Assembly (NCBI GenBank): GCA_016220095.1
Contig: JACRIJ010000102.1
Coordinates: forward strand, 233 to 64,232
From: Planctomycetota bacterium
GTDB lineage: Bacteria > Planctomycetota > MHYJ01 > JACQXL01 > JACRIJ01
Direction of reading: 5' to 3'
DNA: 64,000 nucleotides
Shown: piece after piece, positions 36,063 through 45,379 of the stretch
Numbering within the stretch: position 1 is the first letter of the stretch
Layout of the letters: every line of letters begins with the position of its first letter
Notes under the pieces: model-generated
Told to the model about the DNA's origin: nothing
Database searches by the model: none
What the model saw: the letters and a program-made list of their open reading frames with translations, nothing else
Position numbers and translations under genes: made by a program

Positions 36063-36874
36063 ATGTTAAGCACTTGGACCCGGTTTATAGCACCATTGAC
36101 TATCATTACCCTGTGCCTTGCCGGATGCGCAGGCAACGGGGAAACCATAGAGCATAATACCGCAGGCACAACCGGTAATTCCAAGGTATCCATGTCCGTA
36201 TTAGATAAGATAATTGAACTCAAACCTGACGATGCAGAGGCCTATTTTAATCGTGCTGTCGCAAAAGACGAGCTTGCTGATTATAAAGGAGCAATGGCAG
36301 ACTACGACAAGGCGATTGAAATTGATCCTAATTGTGCAGACGCATATAGCAATCGTAGTGCTATAAAATATACCCGTGGTGATTATAAAGGGGCCATATC
36401 TGATTACGGCAAGGCAATTGAACTAAACCCTGACTATGCAAAAGCATATAGCGAACGCGGGGTTGCAAAACGTATCTTGGGGATCCCAAAGGAGCCATAT
36501 CCGATTACGATAAAGCAATTGAATTAGATCCTAAAGATGAAAAAACATTTCACAATCGTGGTTTTGCAAAATATACCCTCGGTGATTATACTGAAGCCAT
36601 ATACGACTATAATAAAGCGATTGAACTAAATCCTAATTATTCCAAAGCATTTTGCAATCGTGGTAGTGCAAAAGACGCCACTGGTGATTCTAAGGGCGCT
36701 CTATCCGACTACACTAAGGCGATTGAACTTGACCCATCCCTTAAAAGCACCCTTCAGCCGAAAATTGACAAACTGACGCTTTCTGATTTAAACAAGCCGA
36801 CTGAAGAACCTAAGCCATCGCATAAAAGTATTTCCAAGTCGATATTTGACGAATTGAAAATGCCGGGAAAATGA
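36063..36874 (+). pseudogene. TPR-repeat lipoprotein interrupted by a 1-nt frameshift in a G-run
   Basis: It starts at MLSTWTRFIAPLTIITLCLAGC (RBS AGGAG). Five TPR-like 34-aa units share the consensus A..NRG.AK...GDYKGAI.DY.KAIEL.P. The frame is lost at ttggggat (36477-36484) and the same repeat consensus continues in the -1 frame (DPKGAISDYDKAIELDPKDEKTFHNRGFAKY...) to the stop at 36872-36874. One extra G would restore a single ORF. Confidence 0.75.
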
Positions 36875-37002
36875 CGAATTAATAATTTGAAATTAAGGAT
36901 TAAGAATAACGGACGGGAGGCGCGATACGAGATGTGTGATGTGAGATCTGCGATGAGAGATGCGGGTAAAATCTGTAATCGTTTACCCGTAATCTTTAAA
37001 TC
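36870..37002 (+). repeat. 133-bp direct repeat, right copy
   Basis: See 35211-35343. The repeat begins inside the last codons of the TPR gene. Confidence 0.95.
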
Positions 37003-37060
37003 TTTTAATCTTTCAATCTTTTAATCCATAATCGTCTAACGTCCCGTCCTTCATTTTTCG

Positions 37061-38785
37061 TCACGGCCAGATGTGTCTCCTCTGTATCGTTATCTCCATT
37101 ATCCTGCGCAATGCCGCCTTGGGGTTTTTGAATTTTCTGAACCTTTCCTGATAGGCGTAAAAAAACCTCAGCCTGTCCGCCCTGGATATCATTCCGGGAA
37201 TGCTCGCGTTAAGCTGGGCAAGATTTTTTATAACCTGCCCTTCAGACAGCTCGCGGCAGAAATCCACCCTGTCAAGATCAAGCCAATGCATCTTCGCGTT
37301 TCCTATATCCTCGGCCTTTTGCACAAGGATATTATTGGCTTTCATGTCATAATGAAATACGCCCTTGCTGTGGATATCCCTGACAAATTCCATCAAATGC
37401 ATGACAAATTGTTTCTTCGCGATGTAGAAGTCCCGGCCGGCAAAATGCCTTGAATAGTTCTCCACTATGAACTGGCTCAAAGGCAATGCGTTAGGAACCT
37501 CGTATGATATAAGGCATCCTGTCGTGATAAAAGGCATGAATTTTTTTTCAACCAGGCCGATGCACAGCGGAGTCGGAAGGTTCCTAAGCCGGAATCCCTC
37601 GGCCGCAACCCACGCGGATTTTGCCCTGTGCATCCTTAGGAAATTTTTAACAAGCACCTGCGAAAAAGTGTAAATGTATTCTTTCACATAAATCCTGCCT
37701 TTTTCCGGGAAATCCTCCAGGTTTATCCTGGAAAGCGCTCTTTTAAAGGTGTTTTTTTCAAGTTTCATCGGGGCATTGTCTTTTATATGGTCATGTTTTT
37801 CAACGTGCCGGAGTACCGCGCGCGGATCGGTGCCCCGGCGCGTATATATATTGTACCCGATGCTTTTTATCACGGTAAAACCCGTAGAATTCTTAAGAAC
37901 CCTGTTCATACGGCTTATAAGGTGTTCATGCCTTATTTCTTTTGCCTTTTTTATGACTTGACGGCTGAAATCCCTGATTTTTTTCGCGTCCAAACCGTCC
38001 TGCCCGTCCGCCTTAAAATCAGGATTCAAGGCGCAGAATTTTTTCATGAAATGCCAGCACAGCGTAAACGGCGCCACTGTGTTCAACGAATATACAAGAT
38101 GCGCTATATTATAAACGGCCATTCCCCTGTTCAATTTTTCAATCTTTTGCGCCCTGTGCAGGTCCGAAATGAAGAGCTCACAGCGCCCTTCCGCGGATTC
38201 TTTTATAAGTATGTTGCCGATATGGAAATCCCTGTGGTAAAACCCTTTTGAAATAAAAAGATTCACAAACGCCGCCGCGTCATCAATTATCTTTACTGCC
38301 GTTTTCCAGCCGGGTTTTATTTCGGTGAAAAAGTCCTTAAGGCTCATGGCGCCGGGAATGTTTTTCAAGAACAGACGCGCTGTTTCGGTGTACAATCCGT
38401 TGCCTTTTTCAATCACGCCGACGGGCTCCGGAGCGGAAACGCCGTCCGCGGCAAGCAGGAGCAGGTTATGGAATTCCTGCACGGCCTTGGATTTTTCAAA
38501 AACAAACCTTACCTGCTGGAAAAAATCAGGCTGTTTAAAATGCTTCACGAAAAAAGAACCCGTACCGGGCACGTTAAGGAAAAAAAGGCTCCTCGCGGAA
38601 TTTTCCCGGAGACCTTTCTGTTCCCACGCGGAAGGCATTTTGGCTTCACCGGCGAGTTCTTTCAGATAATCGCAAAAGAACTTCTCATGCGCAAGCGTCG
38701 TATAAACGGCGTAATCGCCGTCTTTTATCCTGACGGCGTCAATAAAGCCAGCGCCATTCTTAATTTTATATGTTTGTTTTTGCAT
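37061..38785 (-). CDS. tandem two-domain lipopolysaccharide kinase (Kdo/WaaP/InaA family)
   Basis: 574-aa ORF with two kinase-like halves, each carrying the family catalytic motif (HRDFHIGNILIK and HYDMKANNILVQ, followed by DLH / DLDRV). It lies at the end of the LPS-core glycosyltransferase cluster. Confidence 0.7.
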   Translation of the reverse strand: MQKQTYKIKNGAGFIDAVRIKDGDYAVYTTLAHEKFFCDYLKELAGEAKMPSAWEQKGLRENSARSLFFLNVPGTGSFFVKHFKQPDFFQQVRFVFEKSKAVQEFHNLLLLAADGVSAPEPVGVIEKGNGLYTETARLFLKNIPGAMSLKDFFTEIKPGWKTAVKIIDDAAAFVNLFISKGFYHRDFHIGNILIKESAEGRCELFISDLHRAQKIEKLNRGMAVYNIAHLVYSLNTVAPFTLCWHFMKKFCALNPDFKADGQDGLDAKKIRDFSRQVIKKAKEIRHEHLISRMNRVLKNSTGFTVIKSIGYNIYTRRGTDPRAVLRHVEKHDHIKDNAPMKLEKNTFKRALSRINLEDFPEKGRIYVKEYIYTFSQVLVKNFLRMHRAKSAWVAAEGFRLRNLPTPLCIGLVEKKFMPFITTGCLISYEVPNALPLSQFIVENYSRHFAGRDFYIAKKQFVMHLMEFVRDIHSKGVFHYDMKANNILVQKAEDIGNAKMHWLDLDRVDFCRELSEGQVIKNLAQLNASIPGMISRADRLRFFYAYQERFRKFKNPKAALRRIMEITIQRRHIWP

Positions 38786-38843
38786 GTAGTCTCTAAATTC
38801 TCAACTCCCTATAACTCCGTAACTCCTTAACCCCTTAAACTCT

Positions 38844-39998
38844 TTACCCCTGTTTCATTTTAACAATTTGCTCATAAAGCGCAACTACTTTCTGCAGATT
38901 GGTTTCCGCAGAATATTCAAGCGCGGTTTTGCGGGCGTTTTCGGACATTTGAGCACGGGTCTTTTCGTCAAAAAGCGTCTTCAATTTATTCGCGGCGCCC
39001 TCCGTATCAGCGGGGTTGTTTATAACATAGCCGTTAACGCCTTCACGGATGATTTCTGAAGCCCCGTTTGAGGTCGTCGTCACCACCGGCAGGCCGGCTG
39101 ACATGGCCTCAAGGCAGGCATTGGCAAACGAATCCGAAAGCGTGGGCAGAAAAAACGCGTCCGAACTCGCGTAAACCGCCTGTATATCATCGCGCCAACC
39201 GAGGAAATACACTGTTTCAGGCATTTTCATTTTTTTCAGTTCAGACCTGTACGGGCCGGCGCTGTCCTTGCCGGTAACGAGAAGTTTCACGGGATACTGA
39301 TGCCTGAGAAGCGCCGCCGTATCTATCGCGTGCTTCAGGCCCTTCCTCTCAAAACCGGTGCCGGCAAAAAGCACGGCAAGGTCGTTTTCCTTTATGCCGT
39401 ACGTGCGCCGAATCTTATCGCGGAACCTCCCCCTGTCCCTGGGATGGAATTTTTCCGTATCCACGCCGTTGTAAATGACTTCAATATCCTCTTCCGGCAC
39501 ATTATAATACTGACGGACTTCGTTTTTACTCAGCTGTGAATTGCAGATTATTTTCCTGTAATTGCCTTTTCTAAATGTCCTTTTTTCAACGGAAACAATC
39601 GCGGCATTGCGCGGATTATTCATGATAAAAAACCGCCAGAACGGATTTGCCATGCCCGGATGCGTCCGTTTGAGGTACTCTATATGACAGCCGCCGCCGA
39701 CGCGGTAAACGTCCTGGTAATACGTCCTGCCAAAACCGTTTATGACGTCATAATGCTCATTCTTCAGCATTTCGGCGGAATTTTTTGCGAAACTGAGCAC
39801 CTTAAAAGCGGTATAGAATCCCATAGCGGGCACTTTATGAAAAAAAAACGGCAATGACGGTTCGGAGATGCGCCACTTATGGGCGTATATGTGTACCTCT
39901 ATGCCTTTGGACAAAAGCCCCTTCGCAAGGCCGTACGTATAGCGCTCCACGCCGCCTTTAACATCAGTAAAGAAATATATTACCAGTGCAACTTTCAT
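38844..39998 (-). CDS. glycosyltransferase family 4 (LPS core, RfaG-like)
   Basis: 384-aa ORF. The GT-B C-terminal EX7E-type region FFLPTLSDSFANACLEAMSAGLPVVTT is typical of GT4. Confidence 0.85.
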   Translation of the reverse strand: MKVALVIYFFTDVKGGVERYTYGLAKGLLSKGIEVHIYAHKWRISEPSLPFFFHKVPAMGFYTAFKVLSFAKNSAEMLKNEHYDVINGFGRTYYQDVYRVGGGCHIEYLKRTHPGMANPFWRFFIMNNPRNAAIVSVEKRTFRKGNYRKIICNSQLSKNEVRQYYNVPEEDIEVIYNGVDTEKFHPRDRGRFRDKIRRTYGIKENDLAVLFAGTGFERKGLKHAIDTAALLRHQYPVKLLVTGKDSAGPYRSELKKMKMPETVYFLGWRDDIQAVYASSDAFFLPTLSDSFANACLEAMSAGLPVVTTTSNGASEIIREGVNGYVINNPADTEGAANKLKTLFDEKTRAQMSENARKTALEYSAETNLQKVVALYEQIVKMKQG

Positions 39999-40143
39999 AA
40001 CGAATCAGAAACAACGATATATGCCGCGAAAATTCGCAGTATCGCTAAAAGCTCGCAGTATCCTGCATCCGCAGGATCGCTACTGCTCGTTGGAAACGCC
40101 GATATTCGTGCCTTCGTGGCAAAAAAAGTTGAGAACTTTAATA

Positions 40144-40905
40144 TTAAAACGATTTAATATTAGTTTTCTCCCACAATTTGGCGTATTTCAGGAATACATA
40201 ATAAGAAGTCAAGACTGAAATAATCAATCCCGCCATTCCGTCCATGAATCCGAGCTTGTAAACATAAGTCTCAAGGAATTTCAGCGGCGGCTTGACAATC
40301 ATCGGGATAAGCGCTGATTTTCTGCCCTGTTTCATGAGTTGTTCCGCGCTTATATTGGAAAAGCTGTCAATCGTGCGCAATTGATGGGCTATGTCCCTGT
40401 AGGTATAATGTATCATATCGCCATTCAGGCGCACTGCCGCACCGTTAATAAAATACCTGTCGTGCGGATTTACGCCGGCGATGTAGCCTTTGGATTTTTT
40501 GAACAGGCGCAATTTATAATCCGGATACCAGCCGCCGTGGTTTATCCAGCGGTTCAAATAAAATGTATGGCGCTTTACGCAATAGCCGTCAACTTTACCG
40601 GCGTCCTGTTCAAGGCGCCTGAACATTTCGTCCTTCAGGCTGTCCGTGACAACCTCATCGGCATCCAGACAGAGCACCCATTCGTTTTTCGCCAGGGACA
40701 ACGCGTAGGTCTTCTGCTCGATATGCCCCGGCCAGGCGCGCTGTGTGACACGGGCGTTAAATTGCCCTGCTATCTCAACGGTCTTATCAGTGCTGAAGGA
40801 ATCAACGACTATAATTTCCTCTGCCCATTTGACCGATTCAAGGCACCGGCCGATATTGGCCTCCTCGTTAAATGTTACTATACATACTGAAACTGATGGA
40901 CGCAT
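40144..40905 (-). CDS. glycosyltransferase family 2
   Basis: 253-aa ORF. VSVCIVTFNEE, VVDSFSTD and LCLDADE (DxD) fit GT2. Confidence 0.85.
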   Translation of the reverse strand: MRPSVSVCIVTFNEEANIGRCLESVKWAEEIIVVDSFSTDKTVEIAGQFNARVTQRAWPGHIEQKTYALSLAKNEWVLCLDADEVVTDSLKDEMFRRLEQDAGKVDGYCVKRHTFYLNRWINHGGWYPDYKLRLFKKSKGYIAGVNPHDRYFINGAAVRLNGDMIHYTYRDIAHQLRTIDSFSNISAEQLMKQGRKSALIPMIVKPPLKFLETYVYKLGFMDGMAGLIISVLTSYYVFLKYAKLWEKTNIKSF

Positions 40906-40915
40906 ATCTCTAATC

Positions 40916-41980
40916 TCATATCCCAGATCGCGTTAAAATCCTTTGGACTGCATCATAGACTTCATCTACTGTGACGGCCTCCATGCATTCATGCGCCGCA
41001 GGGCATTCGCGTTTCAGGCATGGCGCGCACGGAAGGTTCCTGCTTATAACAATATGGCCGTTTCCGTAAGGCGAAGTCGTCACGGGGTCCGTAGGACCGA
41101 ATACCGCGGCTACAGGCACGCCGACCGCGGCAGCAATATGCATAGCGCCCGTATCATTCGTCACGAACGCCCTGCATAAAGAAATCATCGCCGCAAGTTC
41201 TCCTATGCCGGTCGTGCCGGCGAGATTAAAAATACTCCCGGGCATGCCTGCCGCGCCCGCGAGTTCATCGCCAATCTGTTTTTCGGCAGTATTGCCGAAA
41301 ATCAGGATTTTTGCATTATAAACTGTTATTATTTTTTTAGCAAGTTCCGCGTATCTTTCAGGAAGCCATCTTTTCGCGTTGCCGTACACGGCCCCGGGGC
41401 AAAAGCCTATAAACATGCCATTTGCGCCCGTGCCGAGCGCCTGCAACCGCGCCCTTGCGCCGGCAACCGCTTCGGATGAAACCGCTATTTGAGGTATGGC
41501 TGGCGCGGCATCCGCGCCAAGCAGGGACAGCAGTCCTGTATAATATTCCACCCGGTGCCTCGTCAAAAACCTGCCACGCGGCATTGAACCGGTCAACAGA
41601 AGTTCACGAAGCGAATTTTTATAACCTATGCGGACCGGCGAAAGTGAAAGATACGCTATAACGGCGCTCCGCCATGACCGCGGCAGGACCACGCACGCCT
41701 TGAAATTGTATTTACGCATGCTAACGCCGGTTTTTAACGTTGAAATGAATTTCCCGCCCGTGCTGAAAGGCAACGTATCCGTTACAGCGGAAGAATTCCG
41801 GTAAACTTCCTTAAGGGAATCCCTGCACAGCACATAAATGTCGCCATCAGGGAAGAATTCATGCAGGCGTTGAATAGCCGGCAGGCTCATCACGGCATCG
41901 CCGAGCCAGTTAAGGCCGATTATAAGGATATTTTGTTTGTCTTTGTCGTTTGGCATCGTTGCAGGAATACTGGAAACCAA
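40916..41980 (-). CDS. glycosyltransferase family 9 (LPS heptosyltransferase)
   Basis: 354-aa ORF. ILIIGLNWLGDAVMSLPA, the NDTGAMHIAAAVGVP motif and FGPTDP are GT9 hallmarks. The listed start is TTG at 41980, with an alternative ATG at 41956. I cannot tell whether this is WaaC, WaaF or WaaQ. Confidence 0.85.
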   Translation of the reverse strand: MVSSIPATMPNDKDKQNILIIGLNWLGDAVMSLPAIQRLHEFFPDGDIYVLCRDSLKEVYRNSSAVTDTLPFSTGGKFISTLKTGVSMRKYNFKACVVLPRSWRSAVIAYLSLSPVRIGYKNSLRELLLTGSMPRGRFLTRHRVEYYTGLLSLLGADAAPAIPQIAVSSEAVAGARARLQALGTGANGMFIGFCPGAVYGNAKRWLPERYAELAKKIITVYNAKILIFGNTAEKQIGDELAGAAGMPGSIFNLAGTTGIGELAAMISLCRAFVTNDTGAMHIAAAVGVPVAAVFGPTDPVTTSPYGNGHIVISRNLPCAPCLKRECPAAHECMEAVTVDEVYDAVQRILTRSGI

Positions 41981-42101
41981 AACACGAATCTCAAATTACA
42001 CATCGCAAATCGCATATCACAAATCCCATATCGCATGTCCCTGTTATCAGTCTACCATTCTATAGCTATTTTTCAACAAAAACAATAAAAACACAAATTT
42101 C

Positions 42102-42130
42102 TTGAATAAAAACCGCAAAAAGTTTATTAT
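42102..42130 (+). promoter_or_regulatory. possible promoter (TTGAAT - 17 nt - TATTAT) upstream of resB
   Basis: ttgaat at 42102-42107 and tattat at 42125-42130. The region is AT-rich, so a chance match is plausible. Confidence 0.3.
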
Positions 42131-42204
42131 ATAATATTGAGATTCAATATTTAGAGGGGGGTTGATTACATCCAATCCCTGCATTTATTTAATAAGGATT
42201 TCTT

Positions 42205-43404
42205 ATGTTAAAAACCCTGCGTTCATTTGAAATGGCAACGATTGCTTTCGGCTTGCTTTTCGTGCTTTTCATCGTAGCCACATTCGTACCGTATGCGTCA
42301 GCACTTGTCCAAATCTACGGCACTGATTGGTTTCACCTGATAATGTTTGCCTTTATAGGCATTACCATGATTTGTTGTCTGAGAAAATCCTATCTTAAGG
42401 GGCCTAAATTAGGCGTATTTCTGACGCACATAAGCATAATTCTTATAGCCGCAGGCGCCATTGTAACGGGATTTGCCGGCACATACGGACAAAGAGGCGA
42501 CATGGTAATTCTCGAAAAGGAAGGCGCGGATTCATTTGAAATCAGCTATAAGAACAAAGTATTCAAGCCGACCGCCGAAAAATACGAGGTTGAATACCGG
42601 CAGAACGGGCAGTTAGTGGAAAAGAAGGAAGAACGGATAAAGCCGGAGGTTGACCATCAAGGCAATATCCAGCCGCAAATACTTCCTACGGCAATAGAAA
42701 AATTTGACCTCGGGTTCAAGGTATTCCTGAAAAAATTCCGCGTTGAACGCTACGGGGCTCCGGAGACACTGTTTCTTTATACGGGAAACAGCATAAAACG
42801 CTATGCAATTGAATTTGACAAGGAATATGAAATAGAAGGTTCGGACGTAAAATTCAAACTGACCGGCTTTTATCCTGACTTTATGATGGGCGATGACAAT
42901 GAATTTGACATGTCTTACTCGGAAGGCCAGACACAATTCAAAAACCCCGCCCTGCGCGTAGAGCTTAACGGCCCCAAAGGCGAAGAGAGAAGATACCTGT
43001 TCGCGAATTACCAGGAACGCGACCTTGAGAACGGGATGCACTCGCACGGAAGTAAAGAAAAATTGTATTCCGAATTCGGTTTTAAGTATGTCCTTGGAGA
43101 CGAGGGCTCGGCCATATCGCAATACGTCAGCGAGGTTGAGATACAGGATGGCGGACAAACCATACAGGCACACGTGGGCGTAAACGAACCTTTGGTTTAT
43201 AAAGGTTTCAGGTTTTACCAGAACGCCTACTCATGGGTCGGCCCCACGAGATGGCAGACAGTCCTTATGGTAAAAAAAGACCACGGATACCAGCTTATAT
43301 ACCTGTCGTTCGCGCTGTTCCTTATCGGAAATTTACTGATTTTCGTGTATAATCCTTTCAAGAAATCAAAACCGCAGAAAGAAACCGCGAATGCGCACGA
43401 ATAA
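42205..43404 (+). CDS. resB: cytochrome c biogenesis protein ResB/Ccs1 (system II)
   Basis: 399-aa ORF with N-terminal TM helices, a large soluble loop, the C-terminal VNEPLVYKGFRFYQ motif and a final TM helix. It sits immediately upstream of ccsA. Confidence 0.75.
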   Translation: MLKTLRSFEMATIAFGLLFVLFIVATFVPYASALVQIYGTDWFHLIMFAFIGITMICCLRKSYLKGPKLGVFLTHISIILIAAGAIVTGFAGTYGQRGDMVILEKEGADSFEISYKNKVFKPTAEKYEVEYRQNGQLVEKKEERIKPEVDHQGNIQPQILPTAIEKFDLGFKVFLKKFRVERYGAPETLFLYTGNSIKRYAIEFDKEYEIEGSDVKFKLTGFYPDFMMGDDNEFDMSYSEGQTQFKNPALRVELNGPKGEERRYLFANYQERDLENGMHSHGSKEKLYSEFGFKYVLGDEGSAISQYVSEVEIQDGGQTIQAHVGVNEPLVYKGFRFYQNAYSWVGPTRWQTVLMVKKDHGYQLIYLSFALFLIGNLLIFVYNPFKKSKPQKETANAHE

Positions 43405-43450
43405 ACACGAAGACGGTTTAACAGGCAATTAAAATACATACATTTATTTA

Positions 43451-44365
43451 TTGGAGATAAAAAAGATGCCGACTGATATGATGCCAACCGACATGATGCA
43501 TATGCAGGCTCAACAGCCGCAACTGCCGGAGTTTTACAATTACCAGATGTTTTTCATCATAGCGGCGCTGATATTATACGCCTTAACGGCGTTCTTATAC
43601 AGCGCATCCTCTTCCGGAAACACGAAAGGCGTTGTAAAGCAGATAGCGCACGCATTCCTGTCGCTGGGATTAATAGCAAACCTTATGGTGCTTGTAATCC
43701 GCTGGATACACGGCGAACGGCTCCCGCTGAATAATATCTTTGAAACACTGTCGTTTTTTACGCTGATATCGGGTATAATTCTTTTCATTCTGGATTTATG
43801 GTATAAGATTTCAGATTACGCGATATACGTAATGATACTGATAATCATCGCGCTTTGCGCCGTGGCATTCGGACCCGGATTTGAACATGAACGCACGTCC
43901 ATACCTCCAAGCATGCCTGCATTGAACAGTTATTGGTTGCCCATACACGTCATAATAACCTTCATAGCATACGCCGGATTTGCCGTGGCCGCATGCGCGG
44001 GAGTGCGATATCTGATAATCAAGTCATTCCACGCAGATACAACTCCGTATGAAGCAACCATGAATACGCTTGACGCAATAATGTATAAATTAATAAGTAT
44101 CAGCTACGTATTACTCGGCGCGGGGATAATATCCGGTTCAATATGGGCCAATGAGGCCTGGGGTGGATATTGGATGTGGGACCCTAAAGAAGTATGGTCA
44201 TTGATAACATGGGTATTCTACACTATGTACCTGCATACGAGATACAAAACCTCGTGGGGCAAGGCCACGTACGCCGGATTGTCCGTCGTAGGATTCATCT
44301 GCGTGGTATTCACGTATATATGCGTATCATACCTGAGAGTGTTCTCGGGCGAACACAGTTTCTAA
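43451..44365 (+). CDS. ccsA: cytochrome c-type biogenesis protein CcsA/ResC (system II heme handling)
   Basis: Polytopic membrane protein carrying the WWD-type motif WGGYWMWDPKEVWSLITW. The listed start is TTG at 43451, with an alternative ATG at 43466. Confidence 0.85.
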   Translation: MEIKKMPTDMMPTDMMHMQAQQPQLPEFYNYQMFFIIAALILYALTAFLYSASSSGNTKGVVKQIAHAFLSLGLIANLMVLVIRWIHGERLPLNNIFETLSFFTLISGIILFILDLWYKISDYAIYVMILIIIALCAVAFGPGFEHERTSIPPSMPALNSYWLPIHVIITFIAYAGFAVAACAGVRYLIIKSFHADTTPYEATMNTLDAIMYKLISISYVLLGAGIISGSIWANEAWGGYWMWDPKEVWSLITWVFYTMYLHTRYKTSWGKATYAGLSVVGFICVVFTYICVSYLRVFSGEHSF

Positions 44366-44401
44366 ATCACGATTATTTAACCGCTAAGCTCGCAAAGCAC
44401 G

Positions 44402-45379
44402 CTAAGATAATATTTTCAGCAATCCGGGCGCATTCGCTTCCACGGAATACAAATCCAGGACTGTCTTGCGCCCTGACAGACCTATTTCACGGCGCTTAAT
44501 GCTGTCATTGATAAGAATTGATATCTTTTCCATCCACTCCTGCGGAGAGCCTGCCATATAGCCGTTTACGCCGTCTTTTATCATATCAGGATGCACGCCG
44601 GCATTGGAAGAAACCGTCGGTATGCCCGCGGCCATGCACTGGAGCAATTTTGTGGCGCATTTTCCTTTTGACCAGGGGTCATCCGGCAGTGGCGAAAGCC
44701 CTATGTCAAACGTCAATATATCCGCGGCCTCTTCTTCCTCCTTCCATTGCTTCTTTATGATTTCCAAACGGCCCGATTCGGTAAAGGTATTGCAGACGAT
44801 TTTCAAGCGAATATCAAACCTGCCGGCAAGGTCCTCAAGCACGGGCATGATTTCATTCAGGAAGACTATTGACTTGCCGCCGCCTATCCAGCCGATGGTG
44901 CACGCACCGGTTCCTGTTGATTCATAATCCTTTGCCGGGTATTTTTTCATGTCAATGGTTGTCGGCATAACGGCGCAATTCTTATTGTGCGGCTCCACGA
45001 GCGACCTCAGATATTTGTTGCCGGCGATGACGAAATCGCTTGCCCTGACCATCTTGACAAACCGTTTCATGCGCCCGGGCGAATCCGGCGAGGAATGCCT
45101 GGAGGAATTAAACATCACCGCATCGTCAATATCATAGATTATTTTACAGCCCCGCCTTCTGAAAAGCCACAGCCAGAAATTGCCTATCCTTTTTTTCTGG
45201 ATGAATACCGCATTGTAATTCCCTGCCAACCTTACCAGCCTGAGCCAGCCGAAAAACCCGGCGGGAAAAAATTCCAACGCGTATTCAATGCCGTTCTGTT
45301 TCAGGTAATCCAGGTACTGTGTTATCCTATAGCGCGTAGCGGGATGATTGCCGCCTCTTCCGAGAAATAATATCTTCAT
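44402..45379 (-). CDS. glycosyltransferase (GT-B fold, GT1/GT4-like)
   Basis: 325-aa ORF. The C-terminal KLLQCMAAGIPTVSS...G region is typical of GT-B enzymes. It overlaps the queA stop by 4 nt. Confidence 0.75.
   Translation of the reverse strand: MKILFLGRGGNHPATRYRITQYLDYLKQNGIEYALEFFPAGFFGWLRLVRLAGNYNAVFIQKKRIGNFWLWLFRRRGCKIIYDIDDAVMFNSSRHSSPDSPGRMKRFVKMVRASDFVIAGNKYLRSLVEPHNKNCAVMPTTIDMKKYPAKDYESTGTGACTIGWIGGGKSIVFLNEIMPVLEDLAGRFDIRLKIVCNTFTESGRLEIIKKQWKEEEEAADILTFDIGLSPLPDDPWSKGKCATKLLQCMAAGIPTVSSNAGVHPDMIKDGVNGYMAGSPQEWMEKISILINDSIKRREIGLSGRKTVLDLYSVEANAPGLLKILS

Noticed and set aside
35211-37002. The direct repeats were considered as IS or transposon ends, or as a target-site duplication.
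   Set aside because: There is no transposase or integrase and no terminal inverted repeats, and 133 bp is far too long for a TSD. It is reported as a recombination-type cassette instead.
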